Origin: Candidatus Latescibacterota bacterium
Lineage (GTDB): Bacteria > Latescibacterota > UBA2968
Direction: 5' to 3'
Assembly (NCBI GenBank): GCA_965198115.1
Contig: OZ240241.1
Span: 512,001 to 576,000, forward strand
Length of the DNA stretch: 64,000 bases
Shown here: piece after piece, positions 28,408 to 41,624 of the stretch
Position numbering within the stretch: position 1 is the first letter of the stretch
Layout of the letters: each line of letters begins with the position of its first letter
Program-made: the position numbers and the translations under genes
The notes under the pieces: model-generated
What the model was told of the DNA's origin: nothing
The model's database searches: none
Seen by the model: the letters and a program-made list of their open reading frames with translations, nothing else

Positions 28408-29376
28408 TCAGATTTTCTCTTCTCGCAGAAAACGTTCTCGGTAGTCGGGGGCCTGAATGTGTATCAGGTGACACATCTCGATGAATCGGGAATAGATCCG
28501 TCCGTCCGCCAGGTCTTTGATCTGATCGGAAGACTGATTCGTTGTCACGAACGTCAATCGTTGCTCGCTGTATCGTGCGTCGATCAAGTTGTAGAGAATC
28601 TCCAGTACCCATTCCGTGTTCTTCTGAACGCCCAGATCGTCGATGACGAGAAAGGGTGCGCTGCTCAGCTCTTCCTGGATCTGGAAGCTCTGGCCGTGGA
28701 CGACGCTTTCTTCGTCGAAGCTCGCCCGCAGCTTTTGTAGAAAGTTCCGAGACAGGCTGATGAATTTACCCGGACGTCCCGTGTGAAAGATGAGCTCGTT
28801 GAGCGCGATGCACGCGAACATCGTTTTGCCCGTACCGGGCGGCCCTGACAGCAGGAGTCCCTTGGGTTGGGCTACGTCCTGGGCGGGCGCGGCGGCTGCA
28901 GGGCCCGCGGACAGGTTTGCTCGCGCGACGTATCCCAGACGTTCGACGATCGGCCGGAGGTAGTCCTTCAGTCGTTTGGCGGAAGGAATAGTCTTGCCGT
29001 CAATGGATTCCTCGAAGTCGGTCAAGAACCGGTATCGGAACCTGGCGGGGATCTCGGAATGATCGATGAGCTTTCGCACTCGAGCCGCCCGGTCGCGATA
29101 GGGTCGACACGGGCACCATCGGATGTCACCCGTCTTTGCGTCGAACACCTGGTAGGGTGGACGCTGCGGACATCCGGTCGTTTCGCACCAGGCGGTGACG
29201 CGGGGCGAGATTCGGATTTCGCCGTGCTGACCCGCCTCGATGCGTGGATCGTAGTAGTAGCCGGGATCTCCCTCGGGGAGTCCACCGCGTCTCGTTCCAG
29301 CGCCGTTCGTCGGGTCAGCGACCGGTGGATTCCAGCTGTCGTTCGTGTGTGAGTTTGAACTGGATGAGTCCGTCAT
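28408..29376 (-). CDS. DnaC/IstB-like AAA+ ATPase
   Basis: Cys cluster (C..C...CPC), IPARF, GPPGTGKT, IDDLG, LIDARY, TTN, RIYSR. Confidence 0.85.
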   Translation of the reverse strand: MTDSSSSNSHTNDSWNPPVADPTNGAGTRRGGLPEGDPGYYYDPRIEAGQHGEIRISPRVTAWCETTGCPQRPPYQVFDAKTGDIRWCPCRPYRDRAARVRKLIDHSEIPARFRYRFLTDFEESIDGKTIPSAKRLKDYLRPIVERLGYVARANLSAGPAAAAPAQDVAQPKGLLLSGPPGTGKTMFACIALNELIFHTGRPGKFISLSRNFLQKLRASFDEESVVHGQSFQIQEELSSAPFLVIDDLGVQKNTEWVLEILYNLIDARYSEQRLTFVTTNQSSDQIKDLADGRIYSRFIEMCHLIHIQAPDYRERFLREEKI

Positions 29377-30469
29377 AGATGGCCTTTGCCATTTCCTTTT
29401 TGTAGCGCGAAGACTTCATGCGTTTGGCCTCGGACGGGTTGGTGACAAATCCCATCTCGACGAGCACCGAAGGCATGGATCCCATTGTGCCACGCATCAC
29501 GTAGAAATTGGCCTGCTTCACCCCGCGGTCGTCCACGTTGGAGAAGGTTCTGGCCATCGACGCTCGAACACGCCCGGCCAGTTCCTGGCTTTCGATCAGG
29601 AACTGAGAAGTCAGGAGCGTGAGGCGAATGCCCGTGATCTGTTCGAGGTCGGCAGTCTCGCCGTTGTCCTCGAGTTCGACGACGGCATTCTCGCGTGCGG
29701 CGACGGCCGCGGCGGCTTCCGTTTTGGCTTCGGACAGAAAGTAGACCTCGAGACCGTCGGCCGCCCTCCGCTTGCTGGCGTTGCAGTGCAGGCTGATGAA
29801 CACGTCACCGTTCGCCTCTCGCGCGAGGCGGGCACGGCGCCCGAGGGAGAGGAATCGATCAGACCGTCTCGTCATCACAGCCGAAAGATCCGGATCCCGG
29901 CTGACGAGTCGCTCGAGCTCCCTGGCGACACCGAGGGTGATGTCTTTTTCCTCGAGTCCACGATGTCCGACGGCTCCCGGATCCTTCCCGCCGTGACCGG
30001 CATCGATGACGATCCGGTCGATGGAGAGGACCGCCTGCAGGGAATCGGCATCGGGAGTGGGCAAGGGCCCGTATTCGTTGGTCGATTGGCGTTCGGTTGA
30101 CGTGGCCGACGCCAGGCTGGCGAGCTCTGGGACGGCACGGCCCAGCACGCGCGTGATCGATCGGGGAACGCGCAGCTCGCCGGGCGCGGGCAAGACCGGG
30201 TGCGGCAGCCTGTAGGCGACCTCGTCGACGACCACGATGGGGGAGAAGATGGTGAAGATGATGCGACGATTGCGACCGAGTCGCAACTCGATCTTGTCCT
30301 TCAGGGGATGATGGATCTGACGAGCAGCAAGATGCTGCGCGAGCGCATCGAGGGTGATCGTTTCGACAGCGCGCAGCGGGAGGGGGAGGATCAGGATGAG
30401 AAGGGCGACCAGCGCGAACGCGTTCGGGGGGAGTCCGTCGCGTCGGGTCGCCGTGGCACGTGGGCTCAC
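29315..30469 (-). CDS. N-acetylmuramoyl-L-alanine amidase (Amidase_3)
   Basis: [29 protein letters not shown]. Confidence 0.93.
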   Translation of the reverse strand: MSPRATATRRDGLPPNAFALVALLILILPLPLRAVETITLDALAQHLAARQIHHPLKDKIELRLGRNRRIIFTIFSPIVVVDEVAYRLPHPVLPAPGELRVPRSITRVLGRAVPELASLASATSTERQSTNEYGPLPTPDADSLQAVLSIDRIVIDAGHGGKDPGAVGHRGLEEKDITLGVARELERLVSRDPDLSAVMTRRSDRFLSLGRRARLAREANGDVFISLHCNASKRRAADGLEVYFLSEAKTEAAAAVAARENAVVELEDNGETADLEQITGIRLTLLTSQFLIESQELAGRVRASMARTFSNVDDRGVKQANFYVMRGTMGSMPSVLVEMGFVTNPSEAKRMKSSRYKKEMAKAIYDGLIQFKLTHERQLESTGR

Positions 30470-30936
30470 GCTCTCCCCAGTGTCCTTTCCTTGAGGGCCT
30501 GTTCGACCTGACGGCGGGCGTCCCGTTCGGCGATGTCGCGTCGACGATCGTACTGTCGCTTGCCCCTGGCCAGTGCGAGTTCGACCTTCGCGCGTCCCCG
30601 TTTGAAATAGAGCTTGAGCGGAATGAGCGTCAACCCCTTCTCCTCGACACGACCCCGCAGACGATTGATCTCCGAACGGTTGAGGAGGAGCTTGCGTTTC
30701 CGTACGGGGTCGTGGTTGAACCGGTTGGCTTCGGTGTATTCGCTGATGTGCGCGTTGTGGAGGAACACTTCGCCGTTTTCGACGCGTGCATAGCTGTCGA
30801 CGAGGTTGGCCTTTCCCTGACGGAGCGACTTGACCTCCGTGCCCTGCAAAGCGATTCCCGCTTCGAAGGTGTCGAGCGTCTCGAAGTCGTGACGCGCCTT
30901 GCGGTTCTGCACGATGATTTTGATGCCGTCGGCCAC
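30466..30936 (-). CDS. smpB: SsrA-binding protein
   Basis: [31 protein letters not shown]. Confidence 0.97.
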   Translation of the reverse strand: MADGIKIIVQNRKARHDFETLDTFEAGIALQGTEVKSLRQGKANLVDSYARVENGEVFLHNAHISEYTEANRFNHDPVRKRKLLLNRSEINRLRGRVEEKGLTLIPLKLYFKRGRAKVELALARGKRQYDRRRDIAERDARRQVEQALKERTLGRA

Positions 30937-30943
30937 GCTGTTC

Positions 30944-31777
30944 TCACCCCGAGAGGATGTCCATGATGCGCTTTAGCGATTCCGCCTGGTCGGCTTCACC
31001 CATGGCCGTGTAGGTGCGGAAGAGATTGGCCGCTGTCCGTACCAGAATCTCCCTCGCACCCGCGACCGGAAGGAGTGACAGGTCTGTCGACTTTCCGAGA
31101 AGAGCGCAGCATTCATTGGCCGTCAGGATGCGACCTGCGTTGAACGGGTCGATGTAGAAATCCTGGTCTCCCGTGTATTTGAGGATGAAATGCATGGGCA
31201 TTCCGACGCCGACGACGGGCAGCTCCAGTCGCCGGCTGATGAGCAGGTAAACGACGGCCAGCGCGATCGGCAGACCGACCTTCCGGTCGATGACGCGGTT
31301 GATGTAGCTGTTGTCGGGGTCGGGGAAGCGGTCGTAGTCCTGCTGCCCGTGGTAGCCCTGTTCCTCGAACAGACACTGGTTCAGGGCGCGAACCACTCTC
31401 ACCGGGTGATCGTCGGGTGCCACGTTCGGTGCGAGATCCGAAGCGACGCCGTCGAGCTGTGCACAATAGGGTGCCGGGTCGAGGTCGGGGTATCCGAACC
31501 GTGCGAGAGCGAAGACACCAGCCTCGAGATCGACCGTCGTCGTGGGACCTTCCACGAGCACGCGCAGCCGATCCTCGACCGACGGGCTTCGTAGCGCGTG
31601 AAGCACACGGCTGACTTCGCGGTGAGCGGGATCGCTGTCGGTGATGTTGGCGAGCAGGTCGGCGACCCGCGCTTCCCCCATTTCGAGGAGCTTGTTTCGC
31701 ATGGTCGAAGCGATTTCGGGGTCCGTGTCGGTGAGCAACGACACAATAGCCTGAACGTCTCCGTGCGGAAGGGGCAT
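30944..31777 (-). CDS. SirB1/transglutaminase-like family protein
   Basis: [33 protein letters not shown]. Confidence 0.85.
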   Translation of the reverse strand: MPLPHGDVQAIVSLLTDTDPEIASTMRNKLLEMGEARVADLLANITDSDPAHREVSRVLHALRSPSVEDRLRVLVEGPTTTVDLEAGVFALARFGYPDLDPAPYCAQLDGVASDLAPNVAPDDHPVRVVRALNQCLFEEQGYHGQQDYDRFPDPDNSYINRVIDRKVGLPIALAVVYLLISRRLELPVVGVGMPMHFILKYTGDQDFYIDPFNAGRILTANECCALLGKSTDLSLLPVAGAREILVRTAANLFRTYTAMGEADQAESLKRIMDILSG

Positions 31778-33654
31778 CAGGCAGCCTGCCGTTTTCTCAG
31801 AGTGATCATGAGGACGGAGATGTCCGCCGGCGACACGCCCGGAATCCTGCTTGCCTGACCGAGCGACCGCGGCCTCACGCGTGCGAGTTTCTCTCCGGCT
31901 TCGTGCGACAGCTGGGGCACCCGGTCGTAGGCCAGATCGTCCGGGATGAGCTTCTTTTCCAGGTCTCGGAAACGGGCGACCTGCGCTCGCTGGCGGTCGA
32001 TGTAGCCCTCGTATTTGAGCTGAACCTCCACGGACTCCCGCGCGCGGACGGACAGGGCGACGGGGGCGGGCGCCACCTCGTCGATCAGGTCGTAGTCGAC
32101 CTCCGGACGTCGTAGCAGGTCTTTGAGCAACGTCCGGGCGGGGATACGCGAGGACCCGCGTCTCGCGAGTGCGGTTTGGACGTGGTCGGTCGGGTCGACT
32201 TTGACGGTTCGCAGACGCTCGAGCTCCGAGTCGATGGCGTCCCGGCGGGTGCAGAAACGGGCGTAGTGTGCGTCGGTTACCAGACCCGCTTTGCGTCCCG
32301 CTTCCGTCAGCCGCAGGTCGGCGTTGTCGCTGCGGAGGAGGAGACGATACTCGGCCAGTGACGTGAACATCCGGTAGGGTTCGTCGGTGCCTTTGGTGAC
32401 GAGGTCGTCGATCAGGACGCCGATGTAGGCGCTCGATCGATCCAGAACGAGAGGGTCCTCGTCTCGAACGGCGAGCGCCGCGTTCGCCCCGGCGATCAGG
32501 CCCTGGGCCGCGGCTTCTTCGTAGCCGGTCGTGCCGTTGATCTGCCCGGCGAAATACAGACCGGCGATCAGCTTCGTTTCTAGCGTGGTCAGGATCTGCG
32601 TGGGGGGGACGTAGTCGTACTCGACGGCGTAGGCGGGACGCATGATCTCGGCGTGTTCCAGCCCCGGGATGCTGCGCACGACCTGAACCTGCACGTCCTC
32701 CGGCAGACTCATTGAAAGGCCGTTGAGGTAGACCTCGCGCGTGCGGTAGCCCTCGGGTTCGAGGAAGATCTGGTGGGATTCCTTGTGGGCGAAGCGGACG
32801 ACTTTGTCCTCGACGGATGGGCAGTAACGGGGCCCGACGGACGTGATTCGGCCGCCATACATGGCCGAGCGGTCGAGGTTGGCGCGAATGATGTCGTGTG
32901 TGCGCGTCGTGGTCTTCGCGATGTGACAGGGCAACTGTTCCTGCTCGATCCGGGTGGTCCGATGCGAGAAGGGACGGGGGTCGACATCGCCAGGTTGGGC
33001 TTCGGCGCTGTCGTAGTCGATCGTTCGGGCGTTGATGCGGGGAGGCGTGCCCGTCTTGAGCCGTCCGAGTTCGAACCCGAGGCGGACGAGCGCCTCGGAT
33101 GCTTGTTCTGCGGCCTGCTCGCCGGCGCGCCCGGCGGCGTATGAGACGTCACCGATGTGAATCAGTCCCCTGAGGAACGTCCCCGTCGTGAGGACGATCG
33201 CCTTGCCCAGGAAACGGGTACCTCCTTTGAGGACGACACCTCGAACCTGGCGATCGCTCACGAGCAATTCTTCGAGCATGCCCTGTTTGAGGTCGAGGTT
33301 CGGATGGTCCTCGACGGTCTCCTTCATTCGGAACTGGTAGGCTTTCTTGTCGGCCTGCGCCCGGGGGGCCCGAACAGCCGGTCCCTTTCGACGATTCAGG
33401 AGACGGAACTGGATACCGGTGACGTCGGTGTTCCTGGCCATCTCGCCACCGAGGGCGTCGATTTCCTGAACCATGTGACCCTTGGCGATTCCACCGATGG
33501 CGGGGTTGCACGACATTTGGGCAACCGTGTCGAGGTTCATGGTGAGGAGGAGCGTTTGGCACCCGATTCGGGCGGAAGCCAGGGCGGCCTCGGTTCCGGC
33601 GTGTCCGGCTCCGACGACGATGACGTCGTAGGTCTTGTCGTAGGTCCAGGTCAC
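31777..33654 (-). CDS. mnmG: tRNA uridine 5-carboxymethylaminomethyl modification enzyme
   Basis: [42 protein letters not shown]; GTG start overlaps the bioB stop (GTGA). Confidence 0.96.
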   Translation of the reverse strand: MTWTYDKTYDVIVVGAGHAGTEAALASARIGCQTLLLTMNLDTVAQMSCNPAIGGIAKGHMVQEIDALGGEMARNTDVTGIQFRLLNRRKGPAVRAPRAQADKKAYQFRMKETVEDHPNLDLKQGMLEELLVSDRQVRGVVLKGGTRFLGKAIVLTTGTFLRGLIHIGDVSYAAGRAGEQAAEQASEALVRLGFELGRLKTGTPPRINARTIDYDSAEAQPGDVDPRPFSHRTTRIEQEQLPCHIAKTTTRTHDIIRANLDRSAMYGGRITSVGPRYCPSVEDKVVRFAHKESHQIFLEPEGYRTREVYLNGLSMSLPEDVQVQVVRSIPGLEHAEIMRPAYAVEYDYVPPTQILTTLETKLIAGLYFAGQINGTTGYEEAAAQGLIAGANAALAVRDEDPLVLDRSSAYIGVLIDDLVTKGTDEPYRMFTSLAEYRLLLRSDNADLRLTEAGRKAGLVTDAHYARFCTRRDAIDSELERLRTVKVDPTDHVQTALARRGSSRIPARTLLKDLLRRPEVDYDLIDEVAPAPVALSVRARESVEVQLKYEGYIDRQRAQVARFRDLEKKLIPDDLAYDRVPQLSHEAGEKLARVRPRSLGQASRIPGVSPADISVLMITLRKRQAA

Positions 33655-34664
33655 GGGAGGATGGAGAGCGCGTCGTCGTAGGGCCGGTCGAGGGCACGGC
33701 TGTCGATTTCGAAACCCAGGTCTTCGATCATCCGGTGCGTCTCGTTCGTGCTCTGGCCCCCCGTCGTGAGGTAGCCCTCCATAAACAAGGAATTGGCCGG
33801 GTAGAGGGCGAGGGGCTGGAGGGACCGGATGTTCCGTTCGCGCCCACCGGCCACGCGGATCTCGCGATCTGGGTTCACGAACCGGAATAGACACAGGATT
33901 CTCAGACAGTCGCGGGGTGTCAGGTCGTTTCGACCTGCGAGAGGCGTGCCGTCGATGGGGTGGAGGAAATTAACGGGTATCGAGTCGGCGCCGAGGTCGC
34001 GCAGGGCAAAAGCGAGGTCGACGATGTCTTCTTCGGTCTCGCCCATCCCGACGATTCCGCCGCTGCACGTGGCCAGACCCGCGTTCTGTACGGCCTCGAG
34101 GGTTCGCAGACGGTCCTCGTATTCGTGGGTGGTGCAGATCCGGTCGTGGTGGTCGCGGCTCGTGTTCAGGTTGTGGTTGACGCGACCGACACCGGCGGCC
34201 TTGAGTCTGTGTGCCTGGGGTTGCGTGAGGAGCCCAAGGCAGCAACAGATGTCGATGTCGACGGTTCGCCTGATCTCCTCGACGGCTTCGCAGACGGCCT
34301 CGACCTCCCCGTCGGTCGGTCCCCGTCCCGAGGCGACGATGCAGTAGCGCACGGCCCCACCCCTGTGCGCGGAGAGCGCATCGTCGACGAGTTCGGCCTT
34401 GGGGAGGAGCGGGTAGCGGTCGATCGGGGCCTCGGACACCGCAGATTGCGAACAGTAGTGACAGTCCTCGGGACAGAGCCCGCTTTTGGCGTTTTTGAGG
34501 ACGTGAATCTGCACCCGCCGGCCAAAGAAGTGTTTGCGTACGTCGAACGCGGCGTGGAGGAGGGGTAGCAGGTCGTCGTCGTGGGTCTGGAGGAGTGCTT
34601 GGCAGGTCGACCGATCGGGCGCCAGGCCTGCGCGGCTCGTTATGACGAGTTGGATCAGGTCCAA
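33651..34664 (-). CDS. bioB: Biotin synthase
   Basis: [38 protein letters not shown]. Confidence 0.96.
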   Translation of the reverse strand: MDLIQLVITSRAGLAPDRSTCQALLQTHDDDLLPLLHAAFDVRKHFFGRRVQIHVLKNAKSGLCPEDCHYCSQSAVSEAPIDRYPLLPKAELVDDALSAHRGGAVRYCIVASGRGPTDGEVEAVCEAVEEIRRTVDIDICCCLGLLTQPQAHRLKAAGVGRVNHNLNTSRDHHDRICTTHEYEDRLRTLEAVQNAGLATCSGGIVGMGETEEDIVDLAFALRDLGADSIPVNFLHPIDGTPLAGRNDLTPRDCLRILCLFRFVNPDREIRVAGGRERNIRSLQPLALYPANSLFMEGYLTTGGQSTNETHRMIEDLGFEIDSRALDRPYDDALSILP

Positions 34665-34695
34665 GATTGCTTTCCTTCACGTGGGGGAGGTGAAT

Positions 34696-34917
34696 TCAGG
34701 CTTTTTCGACGCGGGTCACGACGTTCATGAGGCTGTGGACGATGATGCGATCCCCCTCGCGCACGTCGGTGTAGGCGGCTTCGTTTCCGAGGCGGGCACG
34801 GTAGACCCTGTCTTCTTCGCCGACGGGGGAGTAGTCGATCTGAATGTAGGGCTGATCGTGGATGGAGATGTGGAGGATCTTATGGACCCACGCACCCCGG
34901 GAGGACTTGAGCGCCAC
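34696..34917 (-). CDS. Small hypothetical protein
   Basis: 73 aa, protein-like composition, co-oriented upstream of bioB. Confidence 0.6.
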   Translation of the reverse strand: MALKSSRGAWVHKILHISIHDQPYIQIDYSPVGEEDRVYRARLGNEAAYTDVREGDRIIVHSLMNVVTRVEKA

Positions 34918-35133
34918 GTTACTGCCCGGGCGATCGTGTGTGGGCGACCGTGAAAATCGCCGGAGCGAGGTGCGGGTCCATAGAGCGAAAAGATACCGGC
35001 GAGACCCCCACCGAACAAGAGTTTTCCCGCCTTCTGAAGCCGCCGACTGACCGACTTTTTGATAGATTTTTGCAAGGGATGTGTTACATTAGGGCACGCC
35101 TCATTCAGCTCATTTTAGCCAGACGGAGCACGC

Positions 35134-35433
35134 ATGCCCGAAGACGACGAGCAGAGACAATACGCGCGACTCCAGATCGACCTGCCCATCCAGGCGAGGC
35201 TGGGGGAGGGCGATCACATGGATCTCGAGATCGTCGACATTTCGGGATCGGGCATGCAGATCCGCAGCGATGATTTTGAGGTCCTCAAGGACGGATTCGA
35301 CGCCCAGCATAACGAAGCGACGTTCGAGATCCGGATCCAAGCACGGCTCGCCTGGGCGCGCCCCGAAGACGACGGGCGTTTCGTGACCGGGTGGGAATTC
35401 AACCGGGATATCGGCGAGCCCCGCATCGGGTAA
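35134..35433 (+). CDS. Stand-alone PilZ-domain protein
   Basis: QRQYAR (RxxxR) and DISGSG (DxSxxG) motifs. Confidence 0.8.
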   Translation: MPEDDEQRQYARLQIDLPIQARLGEGDHMDLEIVDISGSGMQIRSDDFEVLKDGFDAQHNEATFEIRIQARLAWARPEDDGRFVTGWEFNRDIGEPRIG

Positions 35434-35484
35434 GCGCGCCGGTTTCCTCCCCACTCCTCCCCTCGCCGTTTCTCGCCGGGCAGA

Positions 35485-35513
35485 TTGACTTATCCCGGTC
35501 TTTTCTCTATACT
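35485..35513 (+). promoter_or_regulatory. Near-consensus sigma70 promoter of the TPR-efp-accBC operon
   Basis: TTGACT-17 bp-TATACT. Confidence 0.75.
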
Positions 35514-35538
35514 TGCGGCTTTCAGACGGGTCCTCTAC

Positions 35539-36195
35539 GTGACGGACGCGATTGCCCGCCCGCCCGCGCCCTCCAGGCACGATCAGGCCGGCCGAGACCG
35601 GCTGGAACGGGTCTGGGCGAAGAACCCGACGTCGACGGTCTTCGCGCGCCTTGCCGATGCGTATTTGGCCGAAGACCGGTTCGAAGAGGCGGTCCAGATC
35701 TGCCACCGCGGGCTCAGATACCGGCCGGCCTACGTCACCGGACACCAGGTGCTCGGCTGTTGTCTCCTGGCCGCGGGCCAGCAGGACGCGGCGCGGGATG
35801 CGTTCGAAAAAGTGCTCAGACTCGATCGCGACCATCCGGCCGCGCTCGGATTTCTGGCAAGGATGGCCGATCGACGGGAAGACTTCGTCGGTGCCGAGTC
35901 TCTTCGCGCGCAGCTCGGAGCGGTCGATCCGTTGAAGGCCGGGGTGATGCGGGGTGAGCGGGGGCCGCGTGCGGATGTCGAGAGAACGGGACCCGTTCAG
36001 ACATCCGAGCCGGGTCTCACTGGTAACGGCGACGAACCCAAGCCGTTCGCGACGCTTACGCTTGCGCGTCTCTACGCAGACCAGGGCTACAGCCAGGAGG
36101 CGCTGGACCTCGCGACGTGGCTCGCAGAGTCTAACCCGGATGCCGACGGCGTTCGCGAGTTTTTGACCGAGCTCCAGACCGCTAGGTCCGATTGA
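35539..36195 (+). CDS. TPR protein
   Basis: NPTSTVFARLADAY, ATLTLARLYADQG; GTG 35539 chosen because TTG 35485 lies in the -35 box. Confidence 0.8.
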   Translation: MTDAIARPPAPSRHDQAGRDRLERVWAKNPTSTVFARLADAYLAEDRFEEAVQICHRGLRYRPAYVTGHQVLGCCLLAAGQQDAARDAFEKVLRLDRDHPAALGFLARMADRREDFVGAESLRAQLGAVDPLKAGVMRGERGPRADVERTGPVQTSEPGLTGNGDEPKPFATLTLARLYADQGYSQEALDLATWLAESNPDADGVREFLTELQTARSD

Positions 36196-36231
36196 TCCGT
36201 AGTCGACAAGGGATAAGGAAGCAGCCGCTCG

Positions 36232-36789
36232 ATGATCGCAACCTCCGACTTTAGGAATGGCATGGTCCTCCGGCTCGACGGAGAGCTCTTTTCGATGAGC
36301 GAATTCGAGCATTTCAAGCCGGGCAAGGGCGCGTCCGTCGTGCGGACCAAACTCAAGAACGTGAAGACCGGTGCGGTAATCGACCGGACGTTCCGATCCG
36401 GCGACAAGGTCGAGGATGTGCGTCTGGAGCGTCGGAAAATGCAGTATCTCTACCGAAGCGACGCACTGTTCACGTTCATGGACAACGAAACCTACGATCA
36501 GTTCGAACTCGACGAAGGCACGGTCGGAGACACGGTCAAGTATTTGAAGGAAAACGAGACGTGTGACGTTCTCGTCACCGAAAACAAGGCCATTGGCTTG
36601 GAGTTGCCGATCTTCGTCTCTCTGGCTGTGACGCAAACCGATCCCGGTGTTCGCGGGGACACGGCAAGCGGGGGCAGCAAGCCGGCCACCGTGGGAACAG
36701 GGGCCACCGTTCAGGTTCCGCTCTTCGTGGAGCAGGGTGACGTGCTGAAGATCGACACACGCACCGATACCTACGTCGAGCGGGTCTGA
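36232..36789 (+). CDS. efp: Elongation factor P
   Basis: [24 protein letters not shown]. Confidence 0.97.
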   Translation: MIATSDFRNGMVLRLDGELFSMSEFEHFKPGKGASVVRTKLKNVKTGAVIDRTFRSGDKVEDVRLERRKMQYLYRSDALFTFMDNETYDQFELDEGTVGDTVKYLKENETCDVLVTENKAIGLELPIFVSLAVTQTDPGVRGDTASGGSKPATVGTGATVQVPLFVEQGDVLKIDTRTDTYVERV

Positions 36790-36797
36790 GGATCTTC

Positions 36798-37259
36798 GTG
36801 AGCCTGCCGAGCCGAATCAGAGAAAGCCTCCGCGAACTGCTGTCGATGACGGGGGAGGATGACGTCAGAGAAATAGAAGTCGAGCGCCGAGTACTTGGAG
36901 GGTGGCGCATCAGGGTGTCACGCGGGCAGGTTGCTTCCGCCTCGGTTGCGCCGCAAGCCGTCGAGACGCCCGTCGGGCAACCGGACGTCGCGGAGTCCGA
37001 TTCGGCGCCCGCGGACGATGGGGTCACGATACCGTCTCCCATGGTCGGTACCTTTTACCGGGCTCCCGCCCCCGAAGCCGATCCCTTCGTGAAGGAGGGT
37101 GACACGGTGGCGGTCGGGCAGATCGTCTGCATCATCGAGGCGATGAAGATCATGAACGAGATCGAGGCCGAGGTCAACGGGCGCGTCCGACAGGTCCTCA
37201 TCGAAAACGGAAGGCCTGTCGAGTACAACACGCCGCTGTTCGTGCTCGAGCCGATCTGA
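36798..37259 (+). CDS. accB: Biotin carboxyl carrier protein
   Basis: [16 protein letters not shown]. Confidence 0.95.
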   Translation: MSLPSRIRESLRELLSMTGEDDVREIEVERRVLGGWRIRVSRGQVASASVAPQAVETPVGQPDVAESDSAPADDGVTIPSPMVGTFYRAPAPEADPFVKEGDTVAVGQIVCIIEAMKIMNEIEAEVNGRVRQVLIENGRPVEYNTPLFVLEPI

Positions 37260-37266
37260 GCCTGCC

Positions 37267-38604
<1,338 letters not shown>

Positions 38605-38619
38605 ACGGGGGACCGGCGC

Positions 38620-39003
38620 GTGTCGGATGTGAGAGAAGGTTTGCGTTACCACGAGGCGCACGACTGGCTTGCGATCGAAGGAGATACGGCCACGACGGGT
38701 GTGACAGATTACGCCCAGGGTGAACTGGGCGACATCGTGTTTCTGGAGCTCCCGTCGGTCGGCGATCACGTGACCCAGGACGCGCCCTACGGGACGATCG
38801 AGGCGGTCAAGACGGTCGCCGATCTGATTGCTCCCGTGTCGGGGGAGGTCGTCGAAGTCAACGAAGTCCTCGAGGAGGATGCGTCCCTCGTGAACGAGGA
38901 CCCTTACGGGGAGGGGTGGACGATAAGGATCCAGCTGTCAAACCCGGCCGAGGCCGAAGCCCTGATGAACGCCGAAGCCTACGGGAAACTGATCGAAGAC
39001 TGA
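38620..39003 (+). CDS. gcvH: Glycine cleavage system H protein
   Basis: GVTDYAQ, EAVKT, NEDPYGEGW. Confidence 0.95.
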   Translation: MSDVREGLRYHEAHDWLAIEGDTATTGVTDYAQGELGDIVFLELPSVGDHVTQDAPYGTIEAVKTVADLIAPVSGEVVEVNEVLEEDASLVNEDPYGEGWTIRIQLSNPAEAEALMNAEAYGKLIED

Positions 39004-39010
39004 CACGAGC

Positions 39011-39580
39011 ATGGCGAAGGTTAAAATCAAACCGACAGATTCGGCAGCTGTGGCGACACGGGTGCGACCGCCGAACCCCTTACACCGTTCGGTCCTGGTG
39101 CTCAACCAGAGCTACGAGCCGATCCACGTGTGCTCGGCACGGAGAGCCATCGTTTTGGTGTTTCGTGGGCGGGCGCAGGTCGTCGAATCGCTCGATGTGT
39201 CGATTCGGTCGGTCTCGCGGGCGTTCCCCGTCCCGAGCGTGGTTCGTCTGGACTTCTACGTGAGGATTCCGCCCAAACCTCTTTCGCTCACGAAACGGAA
39301 CGTTCTCAAACGGGATGGCTTTCAGTGCCAGTATTGCTCCACTCGGTCGGGCCCGATGACGGTCGATCACGTTTTGCCACGAACCCAGGGCGGCCGTGAC
39401 ACGTGGGAGAACATGGTGTGTGCCTGCCTGGCGTGTAACAATCGCAAGGGCAACCGGACGCCCGAGCAGGCCGGCATCTCCCTGGCGCGGCGTCCTCGAC
39501 TACCCAACCACGTGACTTTCATCCGGCATTTCATCGGGGTTCCCGACCAAAGATGGCGGCCGTATCTTTTCATGGACTGA
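39011..39580 (+). CDS. HNH endonuclease family protein
   Basis: VLVLNQSYEP, RDGFQCQYC, DHVLP, CLACNNRKG. Confidence 0.9.
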   Translation: MAKVKIKPTDSAAVATRVRPPNPLHRSVLVLNQSYEPIHVCSARRAIVLVFRGRAQVVESLDVSIRSVSRAFPVPSVVRLDFYVRIPPKPLSLTKRNVLKRDGFQCQYCSTRSGPMTVDHVLPRTQGGRDTWENMVCACLACNNRKGNRTPEQAGISLARRPRLPNHVTFIRHFIGVPDQRWRPYLFMD

Positions 39581-39667
39581 AAAGCGCTACCGAGGACACT
39601 GGGGAAACAAGAGCGAGAGGGTAAGACGCGAGCCTCCATAACCTAGGCTCCGCGGAACGGGTCAGCC

Positions 39668-40732
39668 ATGGCCGATAGGAAGCGAATATTGACGGGGGAC
39701 CGTCCGAGCGGGCGGTTGCACCTCGGCCACTATGTGGGGTCTATCGAGAATCGCCTCCGTCTGCAGGACGACTACGAGTGTTATTTCATCGTGGCGGACC
39801 TGCATACCCTCACGACGAGACCGCGCAAAGAGGATGTCGACGAGCTGCGCGAGAACGTGAGCGAGATGGTGGCCGACTACCTCGCTGTGGGGATCGATCC
39901 AGCCAAGTCGACGATCTACCTACAATCGGCTGTGCACGCCGTTTACGAGATGAACCTGTTTTTCGAGATGCTCGTGACATTGCCTCGGCTAACGCGATTG
40001 CCGAGTATCAAGGACATGGCGCGGGCGGCCAACTTCGACGACGAGGCGATTCCGTTCGGTCTGATCGGCTACCCCGTGCTACAGGCGGCCGACATTCTGA
40101 TGCCGCGAGCCCATCTGGTGCCCGTCGGCAAGGAAAACGAGGCCCACGTCGAGATTACGCGTGAGATCGCGCGTCGTTTCAATGCCTACTACGGTGAGGT
40201 TTTTCCCGTGCCCGATGTACTGATCGGAGATGTGCCGACACTCGTTGGCACCGACGGTCAGGCAAAGATGAGCAAGAGTCTCGGCAACGCGATCTACCTG
40301 TCGGACGACGCGAAGACAGTAGAGAAGAAAGTCCGGGGGATGTTTACCGACCCCAATCGCGTCCGGGCGGACATTCCGGGTCGGGTCGAGGGGAATCCCG
40401 TTTTCGAGTATCACGACGCGTTCAACCCCGATGACGACGAGGTCGGAGACCTCAAGATACGCTACCGTGAGGGCACCGTCGGGGATGTTGAGGTGAAACA
40501 GAGACTGACGGATTGCCTGAACACATTTCTCGATCCGATTCGCGACCGACGTGCCGACATTACACGGCAGTCGGGGTATGTCGAGCACGTGATCCACGAC
40601 GGGACGATGCGTATGCAAGAGACCGCCCAACAAACCGTGGTCGACATGAAGAAAGCCATGGGTCTGGCAGGCCTGTGGAACCGCATTTCGCGCAAGGGGC
40701 GTGACTACGCCAAGAAGGCACGCCCTGAGTGA
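39668..40732 (+). CDS. trpS: Tryptophan--tRNA ligase
   Basis: [27 protein letters not shown]. Confidence 0.96.
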   Translation: MADRKRILTGDRPSGRLHLGHYVGSIENRLRLQDDYECYFIVADLHTLTTRPRKEDVDELRENVSEMVADYLAVGIDPAKSTIYLQSAVHAVYEMNLFFEMLVTLPRLTRLPSIKDMARAANFDDEAIPFGLIGYPVLQAADILMPRAHLVPVGKENEAHVEITREIARRFNAYYGEVFPVPDVLIGDVPTLVGTDGQAKMSKSLGNAIYLSDDAKTVEKKVRGMFTDPNRVRADIPGRVEGNPVFEYHDAFNPDDDEVGDLKIRYREGTVGDVEVKQRLTDCLNTFLDPIRDRRADITRQSGYVEHVIHDGTMRMQETAQQTVVDMKKAMGLAGLWNRISRKGRDYAKKARPE

Positions 40733-40820
40733 CTGCGTCGTCGGTGACGACGCCCAGTCGGCCTGAGCAGGGCATCCCCTCCCTCCTCCAGCCCTCCCCC
40801 GTTCTCGACGGGAGCACACC

Positions 40821-41624
40821 GTGGTGAGCCATCCGTTCCAACTCGGGGAGTCCGACGAATACGGTGTCCACCTCGACATCTTTCAAGGGCCGCTCGATCT
40901 CCTGTTGTATCTGATTCGGAAGGAAGAAGTCGACGTCTACGACATTCCTGTTGCCGAGATCACGCGGCAGTATCTGGCCTACGTCGACCTGATCCAGAAG
41001 CTCGACCTAGAACAGGCGGGTGATTTCTTGGTGATGGCCGCCACGCTGATGCAGATCAAGTCCCGTATGCTTCTGCCCGTGGAGCATACTGACGACGAGG
41101 TCCTGGAGGATCCCAGGGACGAGCTCGTACGGCGTCTGTTGGAATACCAGCAGTTCAAAGAAGTGGCAGGGTGGCTCGAGGAACGTCGCGCCACGACGCG
41201 TGACGTGTTTTTCAGGGGCGGGGCGTTCTACGCCGATGCGGATATGGCGGAGCGTGCCGAAGGTATCGAGTCTCTCCGTGAAGTCGAAATGTTCGACCTC
41301 CTCGTCGCCTTCAAGCAGGCGCTGGATGCCGCCCCCACGGTCGATTTTCACGAGATCGACCGTGTCGAGGTTACGACGGAAGAGAGATCGGCCTACGTCC
41401 TGGACGTCCTGACGCGCCGGAGGCAGGTCCCGTTCATCGACCTGGTTACGAACGTGCCACGGATCGTTGTCGTTGTCACATTCGTGGCCATCCTCGACCT
41501 GATCAAGGAGGGGAAGGCGACGGTCGAGCAGTCGGAGCCCGAGGCGGGGTTCTGGATCTACCGCACCGAACCGTCTCCCGACCATTCACCGGCCCAGCCG
41601 AACGGGGAGTCCGACGATGTCTGA
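40821..41624 (+). CDS. scpA: Segregation/condensation protein A
   Basis: FQGPLDLLL, FLVMAATL.IKSRMLLP. Confidence 0.94.
   Translation: MVSHPFQLGESDEYGVHLDIFQGPLDLLLYLIRKEEVDVYDIPVAEITRQYLAYVDLIQKLDLEQAGDFLVMAATLMQIKSRMLLPVEHTDDEVLEDPRDELVRRLLEYQQFKEVAGWLEERRATTRDVFFRGGAFYADADMAERAEGIESLREVEMFDLLVAFKQALDAAPTVDFHEIDRVEVTTEERSAYVLDVLTRRRQVPFIDLVTNVPRIVVVVTFVAILDLIKEGKATVEQSEPEAGFWIYRTEPSPDHSPAQPNGESDDV

Noticed and set aside
28408-29376. IS21 element or prophage around the IstB-like ATPase
   Set aside because: No IstA, TIRs, integrase or phage genes; flanks are housekeeping genes.
33655-33894. N-terminal extension of MnmG in the ORF track
   Set aside because: Lies within bioB; the GTG at 33654 coupled to the bioB stop fits better.
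39011-39580. HNH gene as a homing endonuclease or defence system
   Set aside because: Resembles a widespread chromosomal HNH family; no intron, repeats or partner genes.
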